A DNA stretch of 64,000 bases from Octopus sinensis (Eukaryota). The DNA lies in assembly GCF_006345805.1 (NCBI RefSeq), contig NC_043019.1, forward strand, positions 13,639,360 to 13,703,359, given 5' to 3'. The notes under the pieces were generated by a model. That model saw only the letters and a program-made list of their open reading frames with translations, was not told where the DNA came from and searched no databases. Position numbers and translations under genes: made by a program. This document shows positions 26,014-38,769 of the stretch, piece after piece (within the stretch, counting starts at the first letter, position 1; each line of letters begins with the position of its first letter).

Positions 26014-26558
26014 TATTATTATTATTATTGTTATTGTCAGCAACAATCCTATTACTATTATTATCATCATCACCGTCATCGCTATTAGGAGTAGTAATAG
26101 TAGTAGTAGTAGTAGTAATATTATTACCACTACTACTATTATTAGCATTATTAGTAGTAGTAGCATCATCATCATCATTATCATCAATATCATCATCCCT
26201 ATCATCACTGTCATCATTATCATGATCATCATCATTATCATCATCATCCCCATCATCATCATTCTCACCATCATTCCCATCATCATCATCATTATCATCA
26301 TTATTATTATCATTATTATTAAATTCAGTTGTGTTGTTTTTTGATTGCGTGCTTTCCGTGCTGCCGAGTACACCTTGGAGCGCCTCAGGTGTGTTGCACT
26401 GTTATATTTTGGTTCGCTTGTTTCTATTATATTCAAAGTACTCAATGTAATTAATATGATGTGTGCAGCGCCTACCAAAGCCATTTTCTGCATGCTATGC
26501 ATATTTACAACACTTCGGGCTCATGTCACGTATATCTCTGCATGTGTTAGTTCATATA

Positions 26559-26596
<38 letters not shown>

Positions 26597-26693
26597 CACA
26601 TGCACACACATACATACATATATATACATACATACACACACTCACATATATATATATATAATATATATATCATATACATATATATATACACAC

Positions 26694-26725
<32 letters not shown>

Positions 26726-26944
26726 TATATACCATATACATGTTCTTTTATTCTTTTATTTGTATCAGCCATTTGACTGCGGCCATGCTGGAGCACCGCC
26801 TTTAGTCGAACAAATTGACACCAGGACTTGTTCTTTGTAAGCCTAGTACTTATTCTATCAGCCTCTTTTTGCTGAACTGCTAAGTTATGGGGATGTAAAC
26901 ATCGGTTGTCAAGCGATGTTGGGGGAACAAACACAGACACACAA

Positions 26945-26975
<31 letters not shown>

Positions 26976-27194
26976 ATACATTATATATATATGCACACAT
27001 ACATATATACAAACACACATATATATATACATATATACACACATACATATATATATACATACATATACACACATACATATATATATACATACATATACAT
27101 ACATACATATACATACATACATACACATACGTATATATATATACACACACACACATACATACATACATATACATACATACATACATACATATAC

Positions 27195-27273
<79 letters not shown>

Positions 27274-27320
27274 TATGTATATATATATATATACACACAT
27301 ATATACACACACACACGTCA
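25640..27320. repeat. compound (CAT)n/(ATT)n/(AGT)n and (TA/CA)n repeats, with a family A 3' half at ~26745-26940 (-)
   Basis: Read directly from the sequence. Confidence 0.85.
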
Positions 27321-27802
27321 TTCTGAATCTATTTATAACACTATTCTGTTTGTCACAGTATGCGTCCGTATGTTATTCTTCAAAGGGAATTTTTTGAAAA
27401 AAAAAAAAAAAACGCTGCGTGAAAGGAAATACAAAAACGACAATACAAAAAAAAAAATTAAAAAAAAAAAAAAAGAAAGCAAGCTACTGTGTTTTCCAAA
27501 GCAAAACACGGAGGCGTTTTTTCCGAGTAGAAACTGAAAGTATTTCGTAACAGAAAGAAACTATAAACGGATCTAATATGTTTTTGATAATCATTCGCAA
27601 ACCATTCTTTAAGGAAGGACATAACACCACATAAATGTAATGGAATAAGATTCTAGTTGTTTGCAATGAGCAGCGATGTCACGTTTTGCTATTTTTAAAC
27701 AGTTTCATGTTGACTCAGCAAGCTTTTGTTACTCTTCATCTTATAAAGTACCTAGACTGCACTCTAAGCTCACAATCTACTTTGCTGCTGCGGCTGTTAT
27801 TA

Positions 27803-28205
27803 TACTCTCTTTTACTCTTTTACTTGTTTCAGTCATTTGACTGCGGCCATGCTGGAGCACCACCTTTTAATCGAGCAACTCGACCCCGGGACTTATTCTT
27901 TTGTAAGCCCAGTACTTATTCTATCGGTCACTTTTGGCGAACCGCTAAGTGACGGGGACATAAACACACCAGCATCGGTTGTCAAGCAATGCTAGGGGGA
28001 CAAACACAGACACACAAACATACACATATATATGCATATATACGACGGGCTTCTTTCAGTTTCCGTCTACCAAATCCACTCACAAGGCATTGGTCGGCCC
28101 GAGGCTATAGTAGAAGACACTTGCCCAAGGTGCCACGCAGTGGGACTGAACCCAGAACCATGTGGTTGGTAAACAAGCAACTTACCACACAGCAACTCCT
28201 GCGCC
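27803..28205 (-). mobile_element. family A SINE, full length
   Basis: Reverse complement of the family A consensus from tail to head. Confidence 0.92.
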
Positions 28206-28235
<30 letters not shown>

Positions 28236-28238
<3 letters not shown>

Positions 28239-28582
28239 CTTCGCCTTCAAATTCAGAGGTATTGTTTTCAGTTGCATTTATTTGTCTGTGGACAAGATAT
28301 CTCAAGAACCGCTGGATGGATTCGGATGAAACTTTCAGGGATGTTTGGCCTTATGACTGACATGAAATGATTGGATTTTGGGATTGATCCGGTACCGGAT
28401 TATTTTTCCTGTTTTTTTTTTTTCTTAAGTTTTGAGAGCAGTCGGGTTCATTTTTAGTATTCTCGTTTGTGAGAGCAGTCAAGTTTAATTTCAGATATTC
28501 TCATTTTAAAAGTCATCTCCAGCTAATCGTTGAGAGGATGCTGGTGTTGCCTTGATGGAGTTCTGCACTCCCTGAGGGCTCT
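28236..28582 (+). mobile_element. Helentron/DINE-like non-autonomous element (tentative)
   Basis: Begins TATCTTCGCC...GAGGTTATTGTTTT, has core GATATCTCAAGAACCGCTGGATGGATTCGGATGAAACTT and ends GCCTTGATGGAG...GCACTCCCTGAGGGCTC. This layout is recalled for Helentron-associated elements. Confidence 0.5.
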
Positions 28583-28599
28583 TCTTCTTCTTCTTCTTC

Positions 28600-28707
<108 letters not shown>

Positions 28708-28710
28708 TTA

Positions 28711-28877
28711 AGGTGATAAGCTGGCAGAATCGTTAGCATGCTGAGCGAAATGCTTAGAGGTATTTCATCTGTTGTTACATTAAGAGTTCAAATTCTGCCA
28801 AAGTCCACTTTGCCTTTTATCCTTTCAGGGTTGAAAGGATGAAAAATTAGTACCAGTTACACACTGGGGTCGATGTA
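28711..28877 (+). mobile_element. family B SINE, degenerate
   Basis: AGCTGGCAGAATCGTTAGCATGCTGAGCGAAATGCTTAG...GAGTTCAAATTC. Confidence 0.8.
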
Positions 28878-28926
28878 AAAACAAATACGTATGCACACAC
28901 ATATGCACATGCGCACATACATACAT

Positions 28927-28961
<35 letters not shown>

Positions 28962-28965
<4 letters not shown>

Positions 28966-29168
28966 ACCATGTGTGTATCTTTGGCGATTTATTTTCCTCC
29001 GTCCTCCCTTCCTTGGATCTTTCCTTTTCCTATGTTTCTGATGAAGAGCTCCACTTGAAACATTAAATCCTCCTTCTTTCTTTCCTTTCCTGAGCATCCA
29101 ATAACACTATACTTATTCCACATCCTCGCATTGTTGTGCTTTCTCTTTATTCATGTTTGGATTAACTA
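28962..29168 (+). mobile_element. short Penelope-like element carrying a minimal hammerhead motif (29034-29068)
   Basis: GTTT CTGATGA A GAG CTCCA CTT GAAAC ATT AAAT. It is flanked by (TA)n on both sides and is homologous to 11155-11342. Confidence 0.7.
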
Positions 29169-29200
29169 TATATATATATATATAGTTAATCCAAACATGA

Positions 29201-29234
<34 letters not shown>

Positions 29235-29676
29235 GTGTGTGTAAGCAACAAGCTTCCACACAGTTTCCATCTACCTAATTCGTTAACATGAAGCATTGGT
29301 TAGCTCAGGACTGCAGAAAACAAAAGAAAACACTTGTCCAAAATGATGCCATGCGGTGAGATTGAACCTGGAGCCAGACAGTTGCAAAGCAAACTTCTTA
29401 ACCACACAGCCGTGCAAACTGATGTCAGTTAATCATAAAAGAGTAAACAAACAAACAAAAACAATTATGCTGGCTTTTGTATTATCTTTGGCATAAACCC
29501 CATATTTGTCAAAACGAAGAAATATTGCTCTACTCCAAGGAAGGAAACAGTATTCAACAACCCTTCTCTTATGTTCAAAAAAGGTCAATTATTAGCGTAA
29601 TTGTTTCATCGGGAAGTAAATTTAGCTTTGGGTAAGGTTCTTACCAATTTATTTCAGTTCTGTTCCTATAACTGTT

Positions 29677-30006
29677 CCTTGGGCAAGTGTCTTCTACTAT
29701 ATCCTCGGGCCGACCAATGCCTTGTGAGTGGATTTGGTAGACGGAAACTGAAAGAAGCCCGTCGTATATATGTATATATATATGTGTGTGTGTGTTTGTG
29801 TGTCTGTGTTTGTCCTCTTAGCATTGCTTGACAACCGATGCTGGTGTGTTTATGTCCCCGTTACATAGCAGTTCGGCAAAAGAGACCGATAGAATAAGTA
29901 CTGGGCTTACAAAAGAATAAGTCCTGGGGTCGAGTTGCTCAACTAAAGGCGGTGCTCCAGCATGGCCGCAGTCAAATGACTGAAACAAGTAAAAGAGTAA
30001 AGAGTA
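29677..30006 (+). mobile_element. family A SINE, 5'-truncated
   Basis: Starts at CCTTGGGCAAGTGTCTTCT and ends AAAAGAGTAAAGAGTAA. Confidence 0.9.
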
Positions 30007-30182
30007 ATACTGTTTTGCTTTGATTTTTCTCAGAAACTGTTGAGTTTGGCTGGCATGTTCAGCCATGTTGTCTGTAACTAATGTCTGTGGTGGTGAATTA
30101 AAGTCTGAGGCGAAAATAACTACAGTGTTGAATAAAAAGGCTTCTCCGATGAACATATGAAGGAGAACAATGAGTTATTTAA

Positions 30183-30402
30183 CCCTTTAGTGTTTAAACC
30201 GGCCATATCCAGCCTAAATATTCTACATGTTTTATATTCAAACTGGCAATATCTAGCCTCTCGCACCTAACCTACAGTGACATTCTAAAAATAAACAATC
30301 ACATCATTGAAACCTCAAAGATATAACATAATGCATGACTAATTCAAAACAATTTGAGTGAAAAAGTATTACATTTAATAGAGAAATTTGAACACCGAAG
30401 GG
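30183..30402. mobile_element. piggyBac-like MITE
   Basis: TTAA on both sides, with imperfect TIR CCCTTTAGTGTTTAAA / TTTGAACACCGAAGGG. Confidence 0.85.
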
Positions 30403-30445
30403 TTAAGCAATCTTATGGAAAGAGTATATGAGAAGTGAAACTATT

Positions 30446-30667
30446 TACTTACTTTTACTTTTTACTTGTTTCAGTCATGTGACATGTGTTTCAGTCATGT
30501 AACTGTGGCCATACTGGAGCACCACCTTTAGTCGAGCAAATCGATCCCAGGACTTATTCTTCGTAGGCCTTTGTAGTACTTATTCTATTGGTCTCTTTTG
30601 TCGAACCGCTAAGTTACAGGGACGTAAGCACACCAGCATCGGTTGTCAAGCGATGTTGGGGGGACAA

Positions 30668-30698
<31 letters not shown>

Positions 30699-30872
30699 TA
30701 TGTAATGTACAACAGGCTTCTTTCAGTTTCCATCTACCAAATCCATTCACAAGGCTCTGGTCGGCCCGAGGCTATAGTAGAAAACACTTGCTCAAGGTGC
30801 CACGCAATGGGACTGAACCCAAAACTATGTGGTTGGTAAGCAAGCTACTTACTACACAGCCACTCCTAAGCC
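30446..30872 (-). mobile_element. family A SINE
   Basis: Reverse complement of the family A consensus. Confidence 0.9.
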
Positions 30873-31015
30873 TATAATTTCCCTTAATTTCTATAAAAAT
30901 ATTTTATTTCATTTGTTTTTTAGCTGAATTGTTTATATTTATGTCTGTTTTTGTGTATGTATGTCTGTATGAGTATATGCATTTATATTTTTGCATATAA
31001 GTATATTTATGTATA

Positions 31016-31234
31016 CGAGGTGGGTGCTGAAAAGTTCCTGACTTTAAGGGTAATAGCGAAAGGCCTGATTGAAGGCCCAACCGTCCAAGTTCTTTTTCAG
31101 GGTTTAGAAAAACTGAAGGACTGCTGCAATAAGTGTGTGAATCTAAGAGGGGAATATATTGGATAGAATCATGATTTACTGATCTGCCTCTATTTTCTTT
31201 TACTCAAAGCCAGGAACTTTTCAGAATCCCCTTG
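31016..31234 (+). mobile_element. mariner-derived MITE (internal deletion derivative)
   Basis: TA flanks and TIR CGAGGTGGGTGCTGAAAAGTTCCTGACTT / AAGCCAGGAACTTTTCAGAATCCCCTTG. It encodes QGLEKLKDCCNKCVNLRGEYIG*, resembling the mariner transposase C-terminus (G..KL..RW.KC....G.Y). Confidence 0.85.
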
Positions 31235-31360
31235 TACCTGTGTATGTGTATACACAAATATACAAGTGTAAACACATGCACACACACAAATATACATACA
31301 TGCACGTAAATATATACATATACTTACATACACAAATATATGTGCATACACACATAAAAA

Positions 31361-31774
31361 TACTCTTTACTCTTTTACTCTTTTACTTGTTTCAGTCATT
31401 TGACTGCGGCCATGCTGGAGCACCGCCTTTAGTCGAGCAAATTGACCCCGAGACTTATTCTTTGTAAGCCCAGTACTTATTCTATAAGTCTCTTTTGCCG
31501 AACCGCTAAGTGACGGGGACGTAAACACACCAGCATCAGTTGTCAAGCAATGCTAGGGGGACAAACACAGACACACAAACATATATACACACATACATAT
31601 ATATATATATATGACGGGCTTCTTTCAGTTTCCGTCTACCAAATCCACTCACAAGGCATTGGTCGGCCCGGGGCTATAGCAGAAGACACTTGCCCAAGAT
31701 GCCACGCAGTGGGACTGAACCCGGAACCATGTGGTTGGTTAGCAAGCTACTTACCACACAGCCACTCCTGCACC
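31361..31774 (-). mobile_element. family A SINE, full length
   Basis: Reverse complement of the family A consensus. Confidence 0.92.
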
Positions 31775-32117
31775 TATGTATATATACACACACAAGACAT
31801 AAACAGAAGTGCTTCAGCTGAAGAAAAAATTTAAAAACATAAGAATTCTTTATGGAAATTGCTGAATAAGTAGTTTCACTTTTCATGTACTTTCTCTGAA
31901 AAATTGCTATTATATAAAACAAGACTCATAGTTGTGGCCATGTATGGAGCAGAGGTATAAATGTACATGTGAGAATGTTGGCATGCATCTATGTATGTAT
32001 GTATGTATGTATATCATTATTCAGTTTTATTTCAATATTTCTTGCTAATAGAGGAGGAGTTGATTTCTAACCTAGATCCATGGCTTCTTCATAGGAATTT
32101 TAACATCATCATCATCA

Positions 32118-32339
32118 TCATAATAATAATAATAATAATGAAATTATTGTATACAGTGCTCAGGTGCACCACAACATGTCAGAAAGTGCATATAAAGTAC
32201 ATGCAGTAATGTAGAAATGTCTGGAAAGCGAACAATGTATGAGTCAGATACATGCTTGTGTGTGTATGGAGGGGAGAAAATCAAGTGTAGTGTTGGCGAA
32301 TCTCAGGAAGCATGGAAGTTTTGAAGGATGCAGTGCTCA
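32118..32339 (-). mobile_element. LINE 3' end with (ATT)n tail, CR1/L2-like (tentative)
   Basis: The minus strand reads GAGCACTGCATCCTTCAAAACTTCCATGCTTCCTGAGATTCGCCAACACTACAC...GCACTGTATACAATAATTTCATTATTATTATT. The clade assignment is from recall only. Confidence 0.5.
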
Positions 32340-33031
32340 TCATTATCATCATCATTATCATCATCATTTAATGTCTGCTTTCCATGCTAGCATGGGTTGG
32401 ATGATTTGACTGAGGACTGGCAAACCAGATGGCTGCACCAGACTCCAATCTGATCTGGCAGAGTTTCTTCAGCTGGATGCCCTTCCTAACGCCAACCACT
32501 TTGAGAGTGTAGTGGGTGCTTTTATGTGCCACCGTCATGAGGGCCAGTCTGGCGGCACTTGCAACAGCCATGCTCAAATGTTTTGTTCACATGGCAGTAA
32601 GGCGACGCTGGTAACAATCACACTCAAATGGTGCTTCTTACATGCCACTGGCATGGAAGTCAGACAGCGACTCAGGCAGTGATCCCACTTCTACTGTAGC
32701 CTCAAACCGAGCAATGCCTTGCAAGTGGATTTGGTAGATGGAAACTGAAAGAAGCCTGTTGTGTGTGTGTGTCTTTGTGAATGTGTTTGTCTTCCATCAC
32801 TGCTTGACAAGTGGTGCTGGTGTGTTGACCCCCCCCCTGGCACCTGTGCAGGTGGCACGTAAAAAGCACCCACTACACTCGCGGAGTGGTTGGCATTAGG
32901 AAGGGCATCCAGCTGTAGAAACTCTGCCAGATCAGACTGGAGCCTGGTGCAGCCCCTGGCTTCCCAGACCCCGGTCGAACCGTCCAACCCATGCTAGCGC
33001 GGAAAACGGACGTTAAACAATGATGATGATG
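32340..33031. mobile_element. two family C copies (32340-32680 minus, 32838-33031 plus) flanking a family A fragment
   Basis: Shared GGAAGGGCATCCAGCTGTAGAAAC body and (GAT)n tails pointing outward. Confidence 0.8.
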
Positions 33032-33103
33032 AACTTAGCAGTTCAACCAAAGATACTGATAGAATAAGTACCAGGCTTTACAAAGGAAAAAAAATAACAA
33101 AAA

Positions 33104-33656
33104 GGCGCAGGAGTGGCTGTGTGGTAATTAGCTTGCTTACCAGCCATGTGGTTCCGGGTTCAGTCCCACTGCGTTGCACCTTGGGCAAGTGTCTTCTACT
33201 ATAGCCTTGGCCCGACCAAAGCCTTGTGAGTGGATTTGTTAGACAGAAACTGAAAGAAGCCCGTCGTATATATGTATATATGTATGTGTGTGTGTTTTTG
33301 AGTCTGTATTTGTCCCCGCCAACATCACTTGACAACCGATGGTGGTGTGTTTATGTCCCCATAACTTAACAGTTCGGCAAAAGACCTCGATATAATAAGT
33401 TCTAGGCTTCATCATCATCATCATCGTTTAACATCCATTTTCCGTGCTAGCACGGGTTGGACGGTTCGACCGAGGTCTGGGAAGCCAGGGGCTGCACCAG
33501 GCTCCAGTCTGATCTGGCAGTGTTTCTACAGCTGGATGCCCTTCCTAACGCCAACCACTCCGCGAGCTTACAAAGAATAAATCCTGGGGTCGATTTGCTC
33601 GACTAAAGACGGTGCTCCAGCATGGCCGCAGTCAAATGCCTGAAACAAGTAAAAGA
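33104..33656 (+). mobile_element. family A SINE interrupted by a family C copy (33410-33563, minus)
   Basis: Family A runs to ...TCTAGGCTT, then the family C reverse complement, then resumes GCTTACAAAGAATAA. Confidence 0.85.
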
Positions 33657-33968
33657 CCAAATATATAACGGGGTCAATGTGCTGAACTAAGATTCTTCAA
33701 GGCGGTGCCCCAGCATGGCCACAGTCTAATGGCTGAAACAAAACTCTTAACGTGCTAGTAATTTATTGAGCTCTCTGTTATTTTTCACACAGATATTAGA
33801 CAATTACCACAGCAGGGAATTTAAAAGCATACAGAAGAGGTAAGTAATGTCTTAATGACTTCTGAATGTTCCATTTATCAGCACTTTCACTTTTGCCATT
33901 AATGTAAAAGTATTTTGTTCTCATACTTTTTCTTTCTTCGATCTATGTATGTGAATATATATATATAG

Positions 33969-34007
<39 letters not shown>

Positions 34008-34321
34008 TACATACATGTATATAAATATATATATATATATACTCATATGTAAATATATATTTCATAAATATGAGAAAGGATTTTTACATGCATGCACATA
34101 GATATATGTAGGTATGCATATACGTTGGTGCATGTATGCGTGTATATATTTGATAAGGATAAGAAAGAAATTATCACTGCCATGTATGTATTTATAGGTG
34201 TGTGTATGTATGTACACACACATACAGATATATACACACATTATGAAGATGAGGATAAGAGATTTGTATTACACACACACAACACACACATATATACATA
34301 TATATATACATTTATATATTA

Positions 34322-35927
34322 TATATAGGTAAACAGTAAAATTAAATACAGACATGGACAAGAACATGAAACACCACAGAGACGACACAAGAACCACAGG
34401 ACGGGACATTCGAAGCCCTCAGTCATCAGTCAAGAACCAGATCATCTTAGCAATTTCGGCTGATTAATCTTGAGATTGCTCCGATATGGCCAGCCCGCCA
34501 AGGGAAATCTAGCCAAGCGCATTAGATCCCCTGGAAGAAAGCTTCGAATGTATACAACGAAAGGACGGAAAACGATCGAAGTACACAAACAAAAATACAG
34601 AATACGTGACACCAATAAGAATACAAAAACGTAAAAACATAACGGGTAAAAATAAAAAATAAACAACAAAACAAAACCAGGACGTAGGACAAGGTCTTTC
34701 GACAGGACGATTTGAGTAGGGGCTGGCTTGTGAAGTTGTGCCTAAGGCCACGGGGAGACGAGACACAATACGTGTTGCTTCTGAGGGCTGCTGAAAACGA
34801 AAAGAGCGCTCAACAGCGGCTAGCTGTCACGTGAGAACAAAAGACAGGAGAAAGGGACAGATGAAAAGGGAGAGAGAAGAGAAGGGACGAGGGAGGAGAA
34901 GAAAGAGACAGATCGAGGGGGCTGGAGGTGAGAGAGATAGAGAAACGTAGAAAGGGGGGGGGACGGATGGAGAGGGAAAGAAAGGAAGTGGAATAAGGGA
35001 GGAGAGAGAGAGAGAGAAAAAGAGACAGATTAAGAGTCGTATCAAAGCTTGAGAAAAAATATACTTATCGTATAAGGACAATTGTGGATACGTAGCCGCC
35101 GATTATATAGGTAAACAGTAAAATTAAATACAGACATGGACAAGAACATGAAACACCACAGAGACGACACAAGAACCACAGGACGGGACATTCGAAGCCC
35201 TCAGTCATCAGTCAAGAACCAGATCATCTTAGCAATTTCGGCTGATTAATCTTGAGATTGCTCCGATATGGCCAGCCCGCCAAGGGAAATCTAAGCCAAG
35301 CGCATTAGATCCCCTGGAAGAAAGCTTCGAATGTATACAACGAAAGGACGGAAAACGATCGAAGTACACAAACAAAAACAGAATACGTGACACCAATAAG
35401 AATACAAAAACGTAAAAACAATAACGGTAAAAATAAAAAATAAACAACAAAACAAAACCAGGACGTAGGACAAGGGTCTTTCGACAGGACGATTGAGTAG
35501 GGGCTGGCTTGTGAAGTTGTGCCTAAAGGCCACGGGGAGACGAACAAATACGTGTTGCTTCTGAGGCTGCTGAAAACGAAAAAGAGCGCTCAACAGCGGC
35601 TAGCTGTCACGTGAGAACAAAAGACAGGAGAAAGGGACAGATGAAAGGGAGAGAAAGGTGGACGAGGGAGGAGAAGAAAGAGACAGATCGAGGGGGCTGG
35701 AGGTGAGAGAGATAGAGAAACGTAGAAAGGGGGGGGGGACGGATGGAGAGGGAAAGAAAGGAAGTGGAATAAGGGAGGAGAGAGAGAGAGAGAAAAAGAG
35801 ACAGATTAAGAGTCGTATCAAAGCTTGAGAAAAAAATATACTTATCGTATAAGGACAATTGTGGATACGTAGCCGCCGATTATATAGGTAAACAGTAAAA
35901 TTAATACAGACATGGACAAGAACATGA

Positions 35928-35930
<3 letters not shown>
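34322..35930. repeat. ~780-bp tandem repeat, 2 full copies plus 50 bp
   Basis: TATATAGGTAAACAGTAAAATTAA occurs at 34322, 35104 and 35881, with (TA)n on both sides. Confidence 0.95.
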
Positions 35931-35967
<37 letters not shown>

Positions 35968-36057
35968 ACTATATATAATATATATATATATATATATGAA
36001 ACTATATATATATATATATATATAATATATATATGAATAATATATATATATATGAAA

Positions 36058-36097
<40 letters not shown>

Positions 36098-36590
36098 GAA
36101 ACTATATAACTATATACATTTTCATATATATATAATATATATATATATATTATATATACATATTTCATAATATATATATATATATAAACCATATATTTAT
36201 GCATCAAAATGAGAATTAAAGATTTTTATATGTATAGATACACACACGTTATATTCACACATAAATATATAAATATGAATTTACAATTCATATATATATA
36301 TAATATATATACATAATATGTGTGTGTAATATGTATATAATGTATATATATATTATATATATTATACATATATATATGTGTGTGTAATATGTATAGATGT
36401 ATATATATATTATATATATTATACATATATATATGTGTGTGTAATATGTATATAATGTATATATATATTATATATATTATACATATATATATGTATTATA
36501 TATATATACATTATATACATATTACATATATACATTATATACATATTACTTATATACATACATATATATATAAATATATAGATGCAAGAT
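35931..36590. repeat. (TA)n-rich microsatellite
   Basis: Read directly from the sequence. Confidence 0.95.
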
Positions 36591-37354
36591 GTTTATTATT
36601 TATTATATTATATGTTGCACAGTTGCAAGCTATTTATTATTGTTAGTTTCCACATTAATGTCAAGAAAAAGGGAGGAAAAAAAACAAACAAACAATAATC
36701 TCTGCACTGCATTGCCGATATCAAGGTTGGAATTCTGAATCTGAAGAATTCCCAGGACTTCTTTTAACCTTTCTACATCCGTTTGAACTTTCGTAATGAA
36801 AGTTTTTGTGTAAGGAATGGAAAAAAAGAAGAGAAGTTATCTACATATTGACAGCATACCATCGGAAAGGAAGGAACATACAGTCATACAAAAAAACACA
36901 CAACCACACATCACACAAATACATTGATATACATATACAGACACATATATACACACACACATATATATATATATGTGTGTGTGTATACAGAAATGCATTG
37001 TTAAGATACGGTTAGTGAAACATAAGAAAAAACACAGAGAAACCCAAGCGATGTGATCTCAGAGTAAATCAGTAAACACTTCTCCATCTAAAGGGCACAG
37101 ATATATTGAGTCAAAGAGTAAATAAATCCGGTTTTACACAATTAAGATTTAACGGTCATTTCACTACATTTCATGGTTAACGCTAGGGTGATCATCAGAC
37201 AGTGGAGCAGTTTTGGGCGCCTAAAATTGCTCCTCCTGGAGGGAGAGGGGGCCTGCTTTACCATTATTGGATGTTGTTGCTGACGTTGTTGTATTTTCAA
37301 ATTTCAGCTCAGTTCTGATTCAGCTGACCTGGCAATTGAGTTAGAGCGGTTTAA

Positions 37355-37548
37355 CCCTTTCGTTACCAACCCGGCTCTGTCTTGTTTTCATAAATTTTTA
37401 ATTAAAATCTTCCACCAAACCTTAGTCACAATTTATGTTCATAACACTAGCTGAATGATAACTAAGTTATTTTACTAAATTCTTTGTTATATTTAAAGTA
37501 ATTCAAAGAAACACAGAGCATCTCAAAATAAATACGGTAACGAAAGGG
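37355..37548. mobile_element. piggyBac-like MITE, second family
   Basis: TTAA TSDs (37351-54 and 37549-52) and a perfect 13-bp TIR CCCTTTCGTTACC / GGTAACGAAAGGG. Confidence 0.9.
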
Positions 37549-37575
37549 TTAACCTCATGAAAACCATCAAAAATA

Positions 37576-38082
37576 GGTGTAGGAGTGGCTGTGTGGTAAG
37601 TAGCTTCCTTACCAACCACATAGTTCCAGGTCAGTCCCACTGCATGGCACCTTGGGCAAGTGTCTTCTACTATAGCCTCAGGCTGACCAAAGCCTTGTGA
37701 GTGGATTTGGTAGATGGAAACTGAAAGAAGCCCATCGTATATATGTATATCAGTCCCTCTTAATGTTTTATCTTTTGTCTTCTGTCTTCTACTTGTTTCA
37801 ATCATTAGACTGCGGCCATGCTGGAGCATTGCTTTGAAGAGTTTACAGTTGAACAAATCAACCCCTGTACCTATCTCTGATTTTTTAAAGTCTAATACTC
37901 ATTCTTATTTCTTTACTGCCCACAAGGGGCCACACAGTGAGGGGACAAACAAGGACAAGACCGATAGAATAAGTACTAGGCTTCCAAAGAATAAGTCCTG
38001 GGGTTGATTTGCTCGACTAAAGACGGTGCTCCAGCATGGCCGCAATCAAATGACTGAAACAAGTGAAAGAGTAAAAGAGTAT
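37576..38082. mobile_element. cluster of family A and B SINE fragments
   Basis: Family A head at 37576-37745 (+), an A-like 3' part in minus orientation, a family B tail piece, and a family A 3' half at 37960-38082 (+). Confidence 0.75.
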
Positions 38083-38769
38083 ACAGGTAGAGAAAGAGAG
38101 AGAGAGATGGGTGGGGAAGAGAGAGAGAGAGAGTCATAGCAATTTAATAATTGAACATGATTGTCATAAACACTCTCCCTCTCCTCAGACAGACAGAAAG
38201 AAAAAGGGAGAGAGAGATGGAAAGACAGGGAGAGAGATGAGAGGAAAAGAAAGGGGATGAGAGACAGAGAGATAGGGGGAAAATAGGAAAGGGAGGAGGA
38301 GGAGATATGGGAAATGTAGGGGCAAAGATAAAGAGAGATAGGGTAGGAAAAGCGAGAGAGACAGACAGACAGAAAAATAATAAAATGAGAAAAACAATAA
38401 AACGTCTGATAAATCAGCATTGAACCAGTGGCGCTAAATAGGCGGCACCAAAACTACTGCACCAAAATGTCTCCTTCACCGCTCCACATTAGTGTTACTA
38501 ACCAATCAACATAACATTGGCGATGACAAAATATTTTCACCTTGTTCACATGATATTCAGTAGTTTCTTACATCAATCGGTCAATCGATCGATCAATGGT
38601 CCAATAAATCTTATATTCTTGTAAAGCATCGGGTCAGGGATTCAAAAATGTCCTGTAATTACCAAAGATAGAGAGAAGATAATTAATTGTTTTTCTTGCC
38701 ACTTTGCAAAGTACTTGGTGACACGGCTGCTGCTAGTGTCACATAAAAAGCACTGGTGTTCTATGTAAA

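Noticed and set aside
34400-34435. Hammerhead in the 780-bp unit (minus strand CTGATGA...CGAATGTC)
   Set aside because: It has GAAT instead of GAAA, a poor stem II and no stem I, so it is not called as a ribozyme.
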